From Octopus sinensis (lineage: Eukaryota), in the NCBI RefSeq assembly GCF_006345805.1, contig NC_043004.1, positions 4,588,001 through 4,652,000 of the forward strand: DNA of 64,000 nucleotides, given 5' to 3'. The first letter of the stretch is position 1. Each line of letters starts with the position of its first letter. The translations under genes and the position numbers were made by a program. Below, one piece after another: positions 38,900 to 51,345 of this stretch. The notes below the pieces were generated by a model that had not been told where the DNA came from, ran no database searches, and saw nothing but the letters and a program-made list of their open reading frames with translations.

Positions 38900-39920
38900 C
38901 CGCTTCTGTATTTAACACTTACTCTTTCATTGTCTAAGCTCCCCTTCATACACATGTTTACCCCTATTACTTCTCCATACCTCGCTGCAAGCACCGAACT
39001 GCCTTCTAACTGCTCCTATTCCTCTCTGTTGTCATACTAGAGCTGTTCCCTTCGTCTCTCTGTGTTCCCTTTTCTACGACATTCTCACTCTATCAAACCA
39101 ATCTATCTTTCTCTTTTCGCCTCTCTTTCCATATGTCCCACCCTTAAATTTCTTCGTACCTACGTTCTCTCTTTCTTTTTCATTTCAAAATATCCCTCCT
39201 TTAGTACATTTCTGTCTCTCTCTCTCTCTCTTTATGAACATGTTTTCTCTCTAGCTGTGTTTAATTTTCCTTTTGCTTATTTTCTCCCTTAATTTCTCAA
39301 TGTCTATTTCTCACACCTCTTTTTCTCCCTAAATCTCTTTAAACATCGTTCTCTCTCTACATATCTGTTTTTCTATCTTCTTTCTGTTTCCTCATGTTCG
39401 TTCATCTCACAACACCCCTCTCATGTTTCTCTCTGTATTTTTCTCGCCTTCTATTCTTCTATCTATCGTTCAACACTTCCACTTGGTATTTCTTTTTATT
39501 TCTTTCTTTCAATCACATTCTATCTCTTCCTCTTTATATCTTAACCGTTCCCCCCTCTCTTTATTCTTACTCTTTCCTTTCCCTGTTCCCTCCACTCCTT
39601 CGCTCAATCTATGTTACTTCCTTTCTTTCTCACTCTCTCCCTCCTCCCTCTTCCCCCGTCTGTAATAGCAAAGACGTCAAGATGGCGCCAGCCACACAAC
39701 CAAGGAAATAGCCAACAGTGCCTCTCGTTTACCCCTTCAATGGATGAAATTCGGCTTTATCTGGCCACTAAATAAGATCCAGTTTGTGGCCAGATATTTA
39801 CCCTGGTGCTGTTAGCATTTGTTTTCGACGGCAGGACGGAAATGCTAGTTGAAACACAAGTCCAGTTCCAGTCACACTCCTCCATCCAGTTGAAAATGAA
39901 GCTCCGCTCTTGTTAGCATG
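38900..39920 (+). promoter_or_regulatory. Probable Abl promoter/TSS and 5'UTR start
   Basis: A ~750-bp pyrimidine-rich tract is followed by CRE-like GACGTCA (39673-39679) overlapping the YY1 motif CAAGATGGCG (39678-39687). CpGs are locally retained, the sequence is non-repetitive, and it lies ~1.1 kb upstream of the Abl ATG. Confidence 0.55.
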
Positions 39921-40049
39921 CTACTACTATTACTATTACTATGATATTGTGTAGTCAGTTGTAGACCGACTGTGTTGTAAGAAAACCCAAGCTCTCTCAT
40001 TCTCCCATGATCACACTTACACACTAATAGAAAGCTTTAGAAATATATG

Positions 40050-40088
<39 letters not shown>

Positions 40089-40542
40089 TTATATACATAT
40101 CCACATTTACATGCCTATATACGCAACCATCTTCTGACATCTGTTTTGATTATTTTAGTCCTCATTTAAAAAGAAAAAAGCTTTCCTATAATATATGTAT
40201 CTTAGATGTTATATATATTCAACGAGCAGCTGGGCAGGTGTCACCCTGTTAGGTACATATATATATACAAACACACATTCATTGGGAGTGAGAGAGTAAC
40301 ATGGTCAAGATGTGGTACTGCTATCCACTGGGAAGCCAAGAACTGGCCATTGGCGATGTGTAGACACACAGATTTACATTATCAATAGGCACTTACTAAT
40401 TATACAAACATTCATATATATACATACATATTCTCACTCATGTATATATATGTACACATGTATGTACATACATGTATATATAAACACATAGGACTTAATC
40501 TCACATACACTTGTATATAAATAAACTAGGTCTTTAGGGTGG

Positions 40543-40589
<47 letters not shown>

Positions 40590-40809
40590 TATATACACAT
40601 GTATATATAATAAATATATACCCATCCATCCATCTAGCTAATTATCGTATTTACATTTATACATACACATAATATCTATATTTATGGTATGTATGTATAT
40701 GCATATACATAGATACCATAAATCTGTTCAACACGCCCTGGTGGATTATTAAAGAAAAAAGGGAAGAATATTACACAGTTACCATCATCCCCCAAACAAT
40801 AACAAGAAA

Positions 40810-40921
40810 ATGGGAGCTCAACAGACCAAAGAACCAAGATCGTCCAGTTCTGGGAAAAGTAAAGTACCGAAGACAAAAGAACCACGGATCTCCTCTGGAA
40901 ATATTTTTGCAGAGCACAATG
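40810..40921 (+). CDS. Abl: First coding exon of Abl non-receptor tyrosine kinase (myristoylated, 1b-type N-terminus)
   Basis: ATG at 40810 reads MGAQQTKEPRSSSSGKSKVPKTKEPRISSGNIFAEHN plus one G, then the donor GTAAGT at 40922 (phase 1). It resembles the Drosophila Abl N-terminus (MGAQQGK...NIFTEHN|EALLQ) and human ABL1 1b (MGQQ...NVFVEH|EAL, also phase 1). G2/T6/K7 fit the N-myristoylation consensus. I recognised no downstream Abl exon in the window. Confidence 0.9.
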
Positions 40922-41287
40922 GTAAGTAACATCCTCCCCGTTCCCTACACCAGCCTGTATATTAAACCACGCCACTTGGTATCCCTCACCCCGCCTTCAT
41001 TCATTACCTAGTACAACACCAACGTTGATGCTATTTTATAACTATTATTATTATTATTATTGTTGCTGTTATTTTTTTCCCTGTGATTTGTGGATTATAG
41101 ATTAAGCCGATCGATTTCCCATCCCTTTTTGGTATTCTTTATCCTTATCCACCATAATTCTCCATCCTTTACAAACTCTTCATCATTTCGTCCCCTTGCA
41201 ACTCCCCTATCTTTCTTCCTTCCACTGATGTCGTGTTTTACTACCAAATACTTAAATCCATCCCAACGTGTGTTATGTGTGTGTGTG

Positions 41288-41344
<57 letters not shown>

Positions 41345-41395
41345 GTGTGTGTATATATATATATATATATGTGTGTGTGTATATATATATATATA

Positions 41396-41478
<83 letters not shown>

Positions 41479-42176
41479 ATATATATATATGTGTGTGTGT
41501 ATGTATGTATACTCTTACATATACATACACGTATATTTGTGTATATATATATATATATACGTATTTTTATACATAAACATGTATTTATATACACACATAC
41601 GTGTGTGTGTGTGTTTGTGTACATATATACACACATACGCATATGCAGGTGTATGTATAGATGTATATCTATTTATTACATATATTTGTATATCTATCTA
41701 TTATAAAATCTGTCAGTCGATCACTATATTTCAGACATTTAATATGCCATTAGCTATGGATTCGTCTAAGATCTAGTTATCTATTTAACTATTCGTATGG
41801 TTGTACCTTTTTTTTAAACATAAATTTTATATTTTATTTCGATCTCTATCTCTGTCTATATATCTAGGTGTGTGTGTATCTGTCATTCATTCCATATCCT
41901 ATCTCCAGGCCCCGTACAAGCAAACCAAGCTATCAGTTCTTTCTTCACAACGCCCTCCTCCCTTCCCTCCCATTTACCATTATGTCTTCAACTATTTCCT
42001 GCGAGTCCACCTGTATTTTCGGTTGTTCCTGGCTTTAGCCCACTTCTCAATCTATCCAGCTTGTGGGGCGAACACAAAACCGATTCTACTATTCCAGTAG
42101 GAACACAAGTCTTCGTACTGTACACATTGCGTGTTCATAACATTACTCAGTTCAAACGTATTATTATATACCCTTA

Positions 42177-42217
<41 letters not shown>

Positions 42218-42379
42218 AACTGAGGAGCAAATATATTTTCTACATTCACGCACACATATATTTACACTTGGTGTGTGTAAAGATTGTACTTAAATAAAAA
42301 CTGATATATCTTTAAGAGAATGTATATGCTGTGTATGTATGTATGTGTGTGTGTGTGTGCGTGCGCGCGCACACACACA

Positions 42380-42420
42380 CACCCAGGCGGCCCGGCCGGG
42401 ATCGATTCCCGGCATGGGAA
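42380..42420 (+). pseudogene. 3' half of tRNA-Glu(TTC) fused to (CA)n and a SINE A tail
   Basis: CACCCAGGCGGCCCGG[CCGG]GATCGATTCCCGGCATGGGAA closely matches the 3' half of metazoan tRNA-Glu(TTC) (...TTCACCCAGGCGGCCCGGGTTCGACTCCCGGTATGGGAA). Confidence 0.65.
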
Positions 42421-42686
42421 CTCATAATTTCAAGGTGGTGCCCCTGCATGGCCGCAATCTTATGACTGAAACAAATAGAAGATAAAAAATTATAATTTAT
42501 ATATATATATATATATATAGAGTATTTATGACTATATATGAAAACGTGTAAATCTATATAAGAATGTATGTATATGTGTGTGTGTATAAAAGTATATATG
42601 TAAGAGTATGTATATTTAGGTAATTTTATGTTTGAATGTAAAATTAATATATCAGAATATATTTCTATGTATGTAAATTTATATAA

Positions 42687-42728
<42 letters not shown>

Positions 42729-42878
42729 TATAATTATATTTGTATAAAACATACATGTACGTATAAGTATATTTATATTAGAATTTATATATAAGTGTAA
42801 ACATACAAACACATACCATCATTTGACGTCCAGTCTTTCATGCTTACATGGGTCAGGTGGATAATATTTCCTATGGTC

Positions 42879-42929
<51 letters not shown>

Positions 42930-43273
42930 TCAGTCATTTAGCTGCGGCCATGCTGGAGCACCGCCTTTTAGTCGGACAAATCGACTCCAGGACTTATTCA
43001 TTGTAAGCCTAGTACTTATTCTATCGGATCTTGTTGCCGAACTGCTAAGTTACGGGGGCGTAAATACACCAGCATCGGTTGTCAAGCGATGGTGGGGGGA
43101 CAACTACAGACACAAACATATATATATATATATACGATGGGCTTCTTTCAGCTTCTGTCTACCAAATCCACTCACAAGGCTTTGGTAGGAGACACTTGCC
43201 CAAGGTGCCAAGCAATGGGACTGAACCCGAAACCGTGTGGTTGGTAAGCAAGCTACTTACCACACAGCCTCTG

Positions 43274-43341
<68 letters not shown>

Positions 43342-44593
43342 TGTTCAGACATGTATAGATATATACTTATATATATAATCATTTTATTGTCCCCTTTTCC
43401 ATGCTTGCATGGATCACATGCGGTTTATGTAGACAGATTTTCTGTGCCTGGATGCCCTTCCTGTCACCAATCCTCACTAGTTTCCAAGCAAGATGGTATT
43501 TTCACATAGCCAGACATATCTACATGGAATATTTGAAATGAATGAAACTGCTTGTATGACAGTGACACTAATTTTTACAACTATCACGTGATATCAGGAC
43601 AAGGAGACACAAACGTACACATACATACATTACACACTCACACATGCATATATACATGAAAAGTTTCATTCAGTTTCCTTTTACGAATCCATTCACAAAG
43701 CTTTGGGTGTCCAGGGACTATAGCAGAAGACACTTGCCCAAGATGCAATGCAGTGGGACTGAAACCGGAACCTTGTGGTTGGGAGGCAAACTTCTTACCG
43801 CACAGTCACACCTGTGACTCACACACTCTCACACACACATGGTGGGCTTCTTTCAGTTTCTTATTTCTTTACTGCCCGCAAGGGGCTACACACAGGGGGG
43901 ATAAACAAGGACAGATAAACGGATTAAGTCGATTATATCGACTCCAGTGCGTAACTGGTACTTATTTAATCGACCCCCGAAAGGACGAAAGTAAAGTTGA
44001 CCTCAGTGGAATTTGAACTCAGAACGTAGTGGCAGACGAAATACCAGTAAGCATTTCGCCCGGCTTGCTAACGTTTCTGCCAGGTTGCCACCTTTCAGTT
44101 TCTATCTACCAAATCCACTCACATATGTTTGGTCACTCTGGGGCTGTTGTAGAAAACGTCTGGAAGCTAGTGCTTGGGAAGCAAGCTCCTTAGTCGTGCA
44201 CATGGATATATGCCACTTTTTAAAATGTTTTAATGTCCACTTTTCCATGCGCCATGCTTGATGGAACTGATAGAATTCATCAAGGCAGGTTTTCTGTAGC
44301 TGGACACCTTTCCTGTTGCCAATTCTCAGCTGTTTCCAAGCGAAGTAATATTTCCTTGTGGTTATACTTCCTTGACTGATGTCCAGTGCCTGATATCAAG
44401 ACAATGGTATACACAAATATGTATATAAATATATATATTTATATAAACGATGAGCTTCTTTCAGTTTTCTACCTTATCCAATGGTAAGACATTGGTCAGT
44501 CTAGAACTGGCTTAAGGTGCCACACTATAGGATTGAACCCAAAACCACATGGTTGGGATGCAAGCTTCTCAACCACACATCCATCCATCCTGG

Positions 44594-44657
<64 letters not shown>

Positions 44658-44809
44658 CACATACATACATGCACAGATGTGTGTGTGTAGGCGTTTGGAA
44701 CACAAATCTATGTTTATATATACATACACACATGTATATATATATATAAATATTGTATATTGCATATACATAAATATGTATGTGCAGTGTGTATATAACC
44801 ATATACAAA

Positions 44810-45660
44810 CCAGGGTTTTACCAGATGTTCAGCAAAAGTGGGCATAATATATCTATGAGCTTGACATAGGTTATTCAAATTGCACATGTTGGTGGAATAA
44901 CTCTTCTTCCTATTCTACATTGTAGGGAAATAATGATTCTGAAGCAGGAGCAATGTGTTGCCATTTAGATCTTGATGAAAAAGGGGTGCAGAATGTCTGA
45001 TATTCACAGAAAACTACATGTTGTTTACAAGGATGCACCATTAACAAGTCCACTGTACAGAAGTGGATGAGGTTTAAAAGGGAAACCAGAATTGAAGACA
45101 GACCATGCAGCAGGGGACCTTCAACTTTGATCACGGATATGAATTGTCCGTCAGGGTGGACAAATTAATTTGCATACATTACTGCACAGCTGGATTGTGG
45201 TCATAGTACAGTACTGAAGATGGGGGAACACTTTGAGTATCAGAAAGTGTGTACAAAGTAGGTACCTTGGTAGTTGGCTTCTGATTTGAAGGAGAGAAGG
45301 GTGCAAGTTTACTCTGATCTATTGGAAGCCAATGAAGACATTTTTTTTCTTCAGATCTAGCAAAAGGGATGAAATGTGGCAGTATCTTTATAATCCAGAG
45401 GTAGAAAATCAGTCCATGAAATGGTGTTACAGTTCTTCTACTAGGCCTAAGGATTTCAAGAGCCAACACCCAGCAGAGGATGTTATGGTGACTGATTTTT
45501 GGAATGACAAGGGCAGCATTTTTGGGCATCATTATCTGAATTTTTACTGGAATGTAGCAACACTTTGAAATGTGAGCAGTGCATTGAGACTTTCAAAAAG
45601 TTTACTGAAGCCATTAGTAGAAAGAGCTTGAACAAGAATCTGAAAATGATTCACATTGGC
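44810..45660 (+). mobile_element. Decayed mariner-family transposon
   Basis: Frameshifted motifs IHRKLHVVY, STVQKW..FK, IEDRP, RDEMWQYLYNPEVENQSMKW and VMVTDFWNDKG. Confidence 0.8.
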
Positions 45661-47835
45661 ACATACATTTTTGGGTACCAATCAGGCAGGGTGTGAAATG
45701 GGATTCACTGTTTGGTGAGTGAATCAGAATAAACCATATAGATATATATGACTAATATAGATATGGCTACCTAATCTATCTCTTGCTCTCCCTCTTTGTG
45801 TTTGTGTGTATATATATCATCATCCTCCTTCCATTGTCTCTGCTGGCTTGGGTTGGGTGCTTTGACCAGGGCTGGTAAGCCAAGGGGCTGCACCAGATAT
45901 CAGTCTGATTTGGCATGGTTTCTACGACTGGATGTCCTTCCCAAAACCAACCACTCCAAGAGTGTAATGGGTGTTTTCACATGCCACCGGTATGAGTGCC
46001 AGTTGCATGATACTAGTATCCGCCATGGCTATGATTTCATTTGGTTTGATGGGTCTTCTCAAACATGGCACATTACCAAAGGTCTCAGTCATTTGTCATT
46101 GCCTCTGAGACATGAGACATGTATATAGATATGTGTGTGTGCTTGTTTTTGTATGCAGACACACACACACAATCATCATCATAAAAAATTTTTTTAATGC
46201 CAACTTTCCTATGCTCATATGGGTTAGATGAAATTTGTTGAGGTAGATTTTTTTTTACAGCCAGAAGCTTTCCCTATCACCAACCCTCATCTGTTTCTGA
46301 GTAAGGTATAATTTCGTCATGACCAGACATATTTTCATGGAACATTGGAATCAAAGGAAACTGATTGTATAACTGTGACGTGTTTTCAACTACCACACAA
46401 AGTCAAGGCAAGGAAATAATAACAAACACCTGCACATGCCCTCATATACATACATGCTGACACATACTGGAACACACACCAACACACACTAGCACACACA
46501 CACACACACACATATATGATTGGCTTTTTTAGTTTCCTTTGATTAAATCCACCCATAAGGCTTTGGTTGACCCAGGGCTATAGAAGAAAATGCTTGCTCA
46601 TGTATATATCTGTTTCTTTATTACCCACAAGGGGCTAAACATAGAGGGGACAAACAAGGACAGACAAACGGATTAAGTCGATTACATCGACCCCAGTGCT
46701 TAACTGCTACTTAATTTATCGACCCCGAAAGGATGAAAGGCAAAGTCGACCTCGGCGTGATTTGAACTCTGAACGTAACGGCAGACGAAATACGGCTACG
46801 CATTTCGCCCGGCGTGCTAACGTTTCTGCCAGCTCGCCGCCTTACTCTCATACGCTCATGTATATATCTATGTATATATACATGTATTATGTATACATGC
46901 ATGTATATATGTATATAAATATATATACTGGAGTAAGTATATAAATGTGAAACAAGGTGGGAAAAAATAGTACTCGAATACCAAGGTAGAGTAATATGCT
47001 TTATTATTAAAGCTGCAAAAACATCATAAGAAATCGCAAAAAACTGCTACTCAGAGTTTCATGTTCCCGTTTCTTAGACAGTTTTGATTGAGAAACAGAC
47101 ACCCATACACTCAGCCACTCCTCCCAACACCACAAACATACGCTTTTTTTAGTTTCCATCTACCAGATCCACTCACAAGGCTTTTGTTGATTCAGGGCTA
47201 TAGTAGAAAACACTTGCACATATATATTTATGTACATATACATATATTTATTTATACATGCATGTATATATATATATATAGTCACTATGAGGATATTTAG
47301 ACCTCTTATAGGGATATTTTTTTATCCAAGATATGCTGGTTTAATATATTGTATTTTGAAGAGGTATTTCTTCAATGAATATCTTATAAATGATCAAATA
47401 TTATTTTGAAAATGGAGTGAGTCAGTGGATATAAATTAATTTATTTATTAATTATCATTGTTACCTACAATTGTTTCATTTCACTCCCAAATTAAATTGC
47501 AAAACATATATGAATATATAAGTTTGCATTTCAAAATACTTTGGGTGGAAAATCTTCAGGGCATGAAAAAGGACAATACAGAGAGATTACATTTTGATCA
47601 GTTGAAATACTCCAATAGACTAAGAATACATAAGCATGTTTATTATGTGTGTGTGTGCACTCATGCGTTAATATTATTGAATTTCTCCATTTTGAAACAG
47701 TTGTACTGCATTACTTACTTGATATCCTGTTGCTTATTTTGATTTTATTCACCTTACTTTGAGCTGTGCTGATAATACCGTACTGACTTTGTGCTTCAAC
47801 TTAAGTACCTAATTCAGCTGAATCTCAATTATTTG

Positions 47836-47871
<36 letters not shown>

Positions 47872-47954
47872 TTGGAAGAGGATATGTGGCTTTCAATCAT
47901 ATAATAATATATATATATATACATGTGTATATGTACATACTTACATATATATGT

Positions 47955-48120
47955 ATGCATATGTGGGCCAGGACGTTATGAAGCACGTACAACAAAAAAT
48001 ACGAAATACGAGAACATGGAATATGAACTATTTTTTTGAACAACGAAAGACACAAATGGAAAACAAGACAAACAATGTATTTTTTGTTGTACATGTTTCA
48101 CAACGTCCTGTGTCCACATA

Positions 48121-48125
<5 letters not shown>
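47955..48125. mobile_element. ~170-bp element with ~48-bp inverted ends in (TA)n (MITE or PLE inverted end)
   Basis: ATGCATATGTGGGCCAGGACGTT...AAAAAATAC pairs with GTATTTTTT...AACGTCCTGTGTCCACATATGCAT. Confidence 0.7.
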
Positions 48126-48162
<37 letters not shown>

Positions 48163-48213
48163 CATACATACATAGATGTAAGTATGTACATATACATATG
48201 TATATATGCATAT

Positions 48214-48349
48214 ATATAAGGATTTTTTTGCGTAATGAGATAAAAAACCAAGGCTGTATAGATATTAGAGCATTTATAGATATCTATAAATGCTCTAATA
48301 TCTATACAGCTTTGGTTTTTTATCTCATTACGCAAAAAAATCCTTATAT
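48214..48349. repeat. 136-bp near-perfect palindrome made from a PLE pLTR tail
   Basis: Centred at 48281/48282. The arm matches ~11196-11265, which directly follows a degenerate hammerhead motif (11151-11192). Confidence 0.85.
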
Positions 48350-49181
48350 CACACACTGGCATAGAACCAACGTTGAACCCTTTATTCGCAATATTACCGA
48401 ATCTGGAAGTTAACTATGGTCTGTCTATAGCACTTATTCAGCATTACCCGACACCTTTGGGTCTCAATGACACCATTATCTCTTTTATATATATATTTAT
48501 AGTTGAGTACAGAGCATAATAAAAAATTAAACAAATGACAAGAGAACAAAAATCATTTAATGAACTTCATTTGCTTACATCTGTTTCTGCTGCAAGATGC
48601 AATGCGCTCATGTCTGATTGCTTGTGTATCAACTTATAGCTTTGTTGGAGCTTCAGAACTGAAGTGAAGTTTTATTTGGGAAAACATATATATATATATA
48701 TATTAGAAGAAATGAGGTAATCAAAGATCGGATGGTTCATATTTACAGATATTTATTTATATATTACATTTTTTACATATATATATCATATCATTCAGAT
48801 CATTAGCGCTTTCTCCCATTCTAGTGGGGCTTTCAAATCAAAATAATTCCTTTGTGGGAAATTTTAATCTTTATATGTATATATATATATATATATATGG
48901 AATTTTTGTCAATGGTGAACTTTTCCATACATCCAAATACAATTGTACTTGCCTAAGTAAAATATATATATACACAGACACATCATCATCATTATTTAAC
49001 ATCCGTTGTCCATGCTGGCATGGGTTGGATGGTTTGACCAGGGCTGGAAGGCTGCACCAGGCTCCAGTCTGATTTGGTATGGTTTTCTATGGTTGGATGC
49101 CTTTCCTAATGTCAACCACTCTGAGAGTATAATGGGTGCTTTTACATGTCACTGGCACGGATGTTTCATATATATATATTC

Positions 49182-49213
<32 letters not shown>

Positions 49214-49257
49214 TCATAAAGGCACAGGAGTGGCTGTGTGGTAAGCAGCTTGCTTAC

Positions 49258-50729
49258 GCGCATGCGTCACCCAGAGTGCATTTGGTTTGTCGTTTGTGTC
49301 GGAGGTTGGTTTTTGTTGCTGCTTTGAGGATAGAGGCAATGTACTCAGACTTTAGCAGGTCTGAATTATCCTCAGAGGAGGAGGAGCTGGTGAAGGTGGT
49401 GAGAAGAATGGACGGAATATTGGAGAGAACAAAATGTTTTTCTGAGGTGGCAGAGGTGAAGAGAAAGGATGTAGACCTGGCTGGACTAAAGGAATATGGA
49501 AAAATGATGCAGAAGGTGGGTGGTGATGTGTGAAGTTGTTGCCACTTGAAAGAATCATGGAGCAAATGGAGAGGAAAACTATCACCTGTAGGGTGCATTC
49601 ACTGAAGAACAAAAAGGCTGAACAAGTGGAAGCGGAAATAATAGAAAAAGCGCTAAGGAAACAGTCAACGGATGTAAATATGGACAGTGGTCATCCAGTT
49701 TAGAACAGTGGAGGAGGCGAAGAGGCTGGCAAGTGTGGTGGTGCTTCTGCTCACATATCTTGGAAGAAAGACTTCCAAAGTAAGAGTGGAAACAATCCCA
49801 CCTGATATAGAAGTGGCTTGGGTCACGGCAGCCGTCCTCGTTGGAAGTGAGGAGGAGGTGGCTGTCCTCAAAGTCACGGAAACAGGAGGAGGATAGAGAA
49901 GGGAATCACTGGATCTCATTCTGCAGGCGGAGGTGAAGCAGAGTTTGGCAAGACTGACGAGAAGAAGCAGCTAGAAAGATGGTGACGTTGGGAGAAATTG
50001 TGTTAAGAGTGTGGGTGGAGGGCAGAAGCCCATGTTGTTTTAAATGTGGCCAAAAGGGCCACATTAGAGCACACTGCCCTCTACAGAAGAAAACAATAGA
50101 TGAAATAACAGATGAACTAGTTGCAGAGATGGAGGAGAAAAGAGAAGAAAAAAAGAAAGCGAGAGGAAAAGAGGAAGAATGGATAGTAACAGAGTAGAAG
50201 GAAGAAGAGGAAGAAAAGAAAGAACACTGAGTATGATGTGGTACCCCAGTCCAACTCCATCCCACCCAAGACCTCTCAGACCCACCTGTCCTATACAGAC
50301 ACCAAACCCACCCACCCCCTTTCCCCACAGGAAAAGGGAAACGAGAAAAGAGCAGATACCACAGAATTTAGAAGACAGGGGTCTTCTAAATTCTGTGGTA
50401 TCTGCTCCCGGTGAAAAAGGTTACGAAAGAGTGTTGTCATTGAGCGATAGCAAGTGCGGAAATAGAAGGACTAGACCAGAGACTAAAGAGGAATTAGGAC
50501 TCAGAGACTGCGAGTGGTGTTACTCAGTGTGGAGTGAGTAGCACACTCTGCATATTTTCATTTTCAGATATCCTGCACGTTATCATAACCTTAATTTATT
50601 TTCTCATGTTCATTTTCACATCACTCATAGTATCATATTTTATTTTTACATATTTTTAATTGTTATTTGTCCCCACATGTTTTATAGTGTCCCCTCTATG
50701 TGATTCTTTTATGGCAAAATATTGAAATA
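49258..50729 (+). mobile_element. ORF1-only (HAL1-like) non-LTR retroelement with a CCHC knuckle and 15-bp TSD, inserted in a SINE A head
   Basis: Decayed ORF1 (VIQFRTVEEAKRLA...TYLGRKTSKVRVETIPPDIEVAWV...VWVEGRSPCCFKCGQKGHIRAHCP) ending in AATAAA. TSD AAG(C/T)AGCTTGCTTAC at 49243-49257 and 50730-50744. Confidence 0.8.
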
Positions 50730-51062
50730 AAGTAGCTTGCTTACCAACCACATGGTTCTAGGCTCAGTCCTACTGTGTGGCACCTTGGGCAAGTGTCTTC
50801 TACTATACCCTCAGGCTGACCAAAGCCTTGTGAGTAGATTTGTTAGACAGAAACTGAAAGAAACCTGTCATATATATATATGTATATGTTTGTATGTCTG
50901 CGCTTGTTCCCACCACCATTGGTTGATAACCAATGTTGGTGCGTTTACATACCTGTAATTCAGCATTTCAGCAAAAGAGACTGATAGAATAAGTACTAGG
51001 CTTACATAGAATAAGTCCTGGGGTCAATTTGTTTGACTGAAACAAATAAAAGAAAAACAAGA

Positions 51063-51097
<35 letters not shown>

Positions 51098-51099
51098 AC

Positions 51100-51290
51100 T
51101 GTGTGTGTATTGTTGGCGATTTTCTTTCTCTGCCTTCCCTTCTTTGGACTTTTTCTATATTTCTGATGAAGAGCTCCGCTCAAAACGTGAAATCCTCTTT
51201 CTTTTCTTTCCTTTCCTGAGCATCCAATAACACTGTACTTATTCCATGTCCTTGCATTGTTGTTTTTTCTTGCTTGTTCATGTTTGGATT

Positions 51291-51295
<5 letters not shown>
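51100..51295 (+). mobile_element. PLE pLTR-like repeat with a degenerate hammerhead (51159-51193)
   Basis: AUUU-CUGAUGA-A-GAGC(UCC)GCUC-AAAAC-GUG-AAAU, flanked by (TG)n and (TA)n. Confidence 0.55.

Positions 51296-51345
<50 letters not shown>

Noticed and set aside
39755-39860. H/ACA snoRNA or pre-miRNA
   Set aside because: No ANANNA H box between the hairpins, and the stems are too short for a canonical pre-miRNA. Kept only as a structured-leader candidate.
41090-41776. 228-aa ORF just downstream of Abl exon 1 and similar YIYI/CVCV ORFs throughout the window
   Set aside because: Translations of (TA)n/(TG)n microsatellites.
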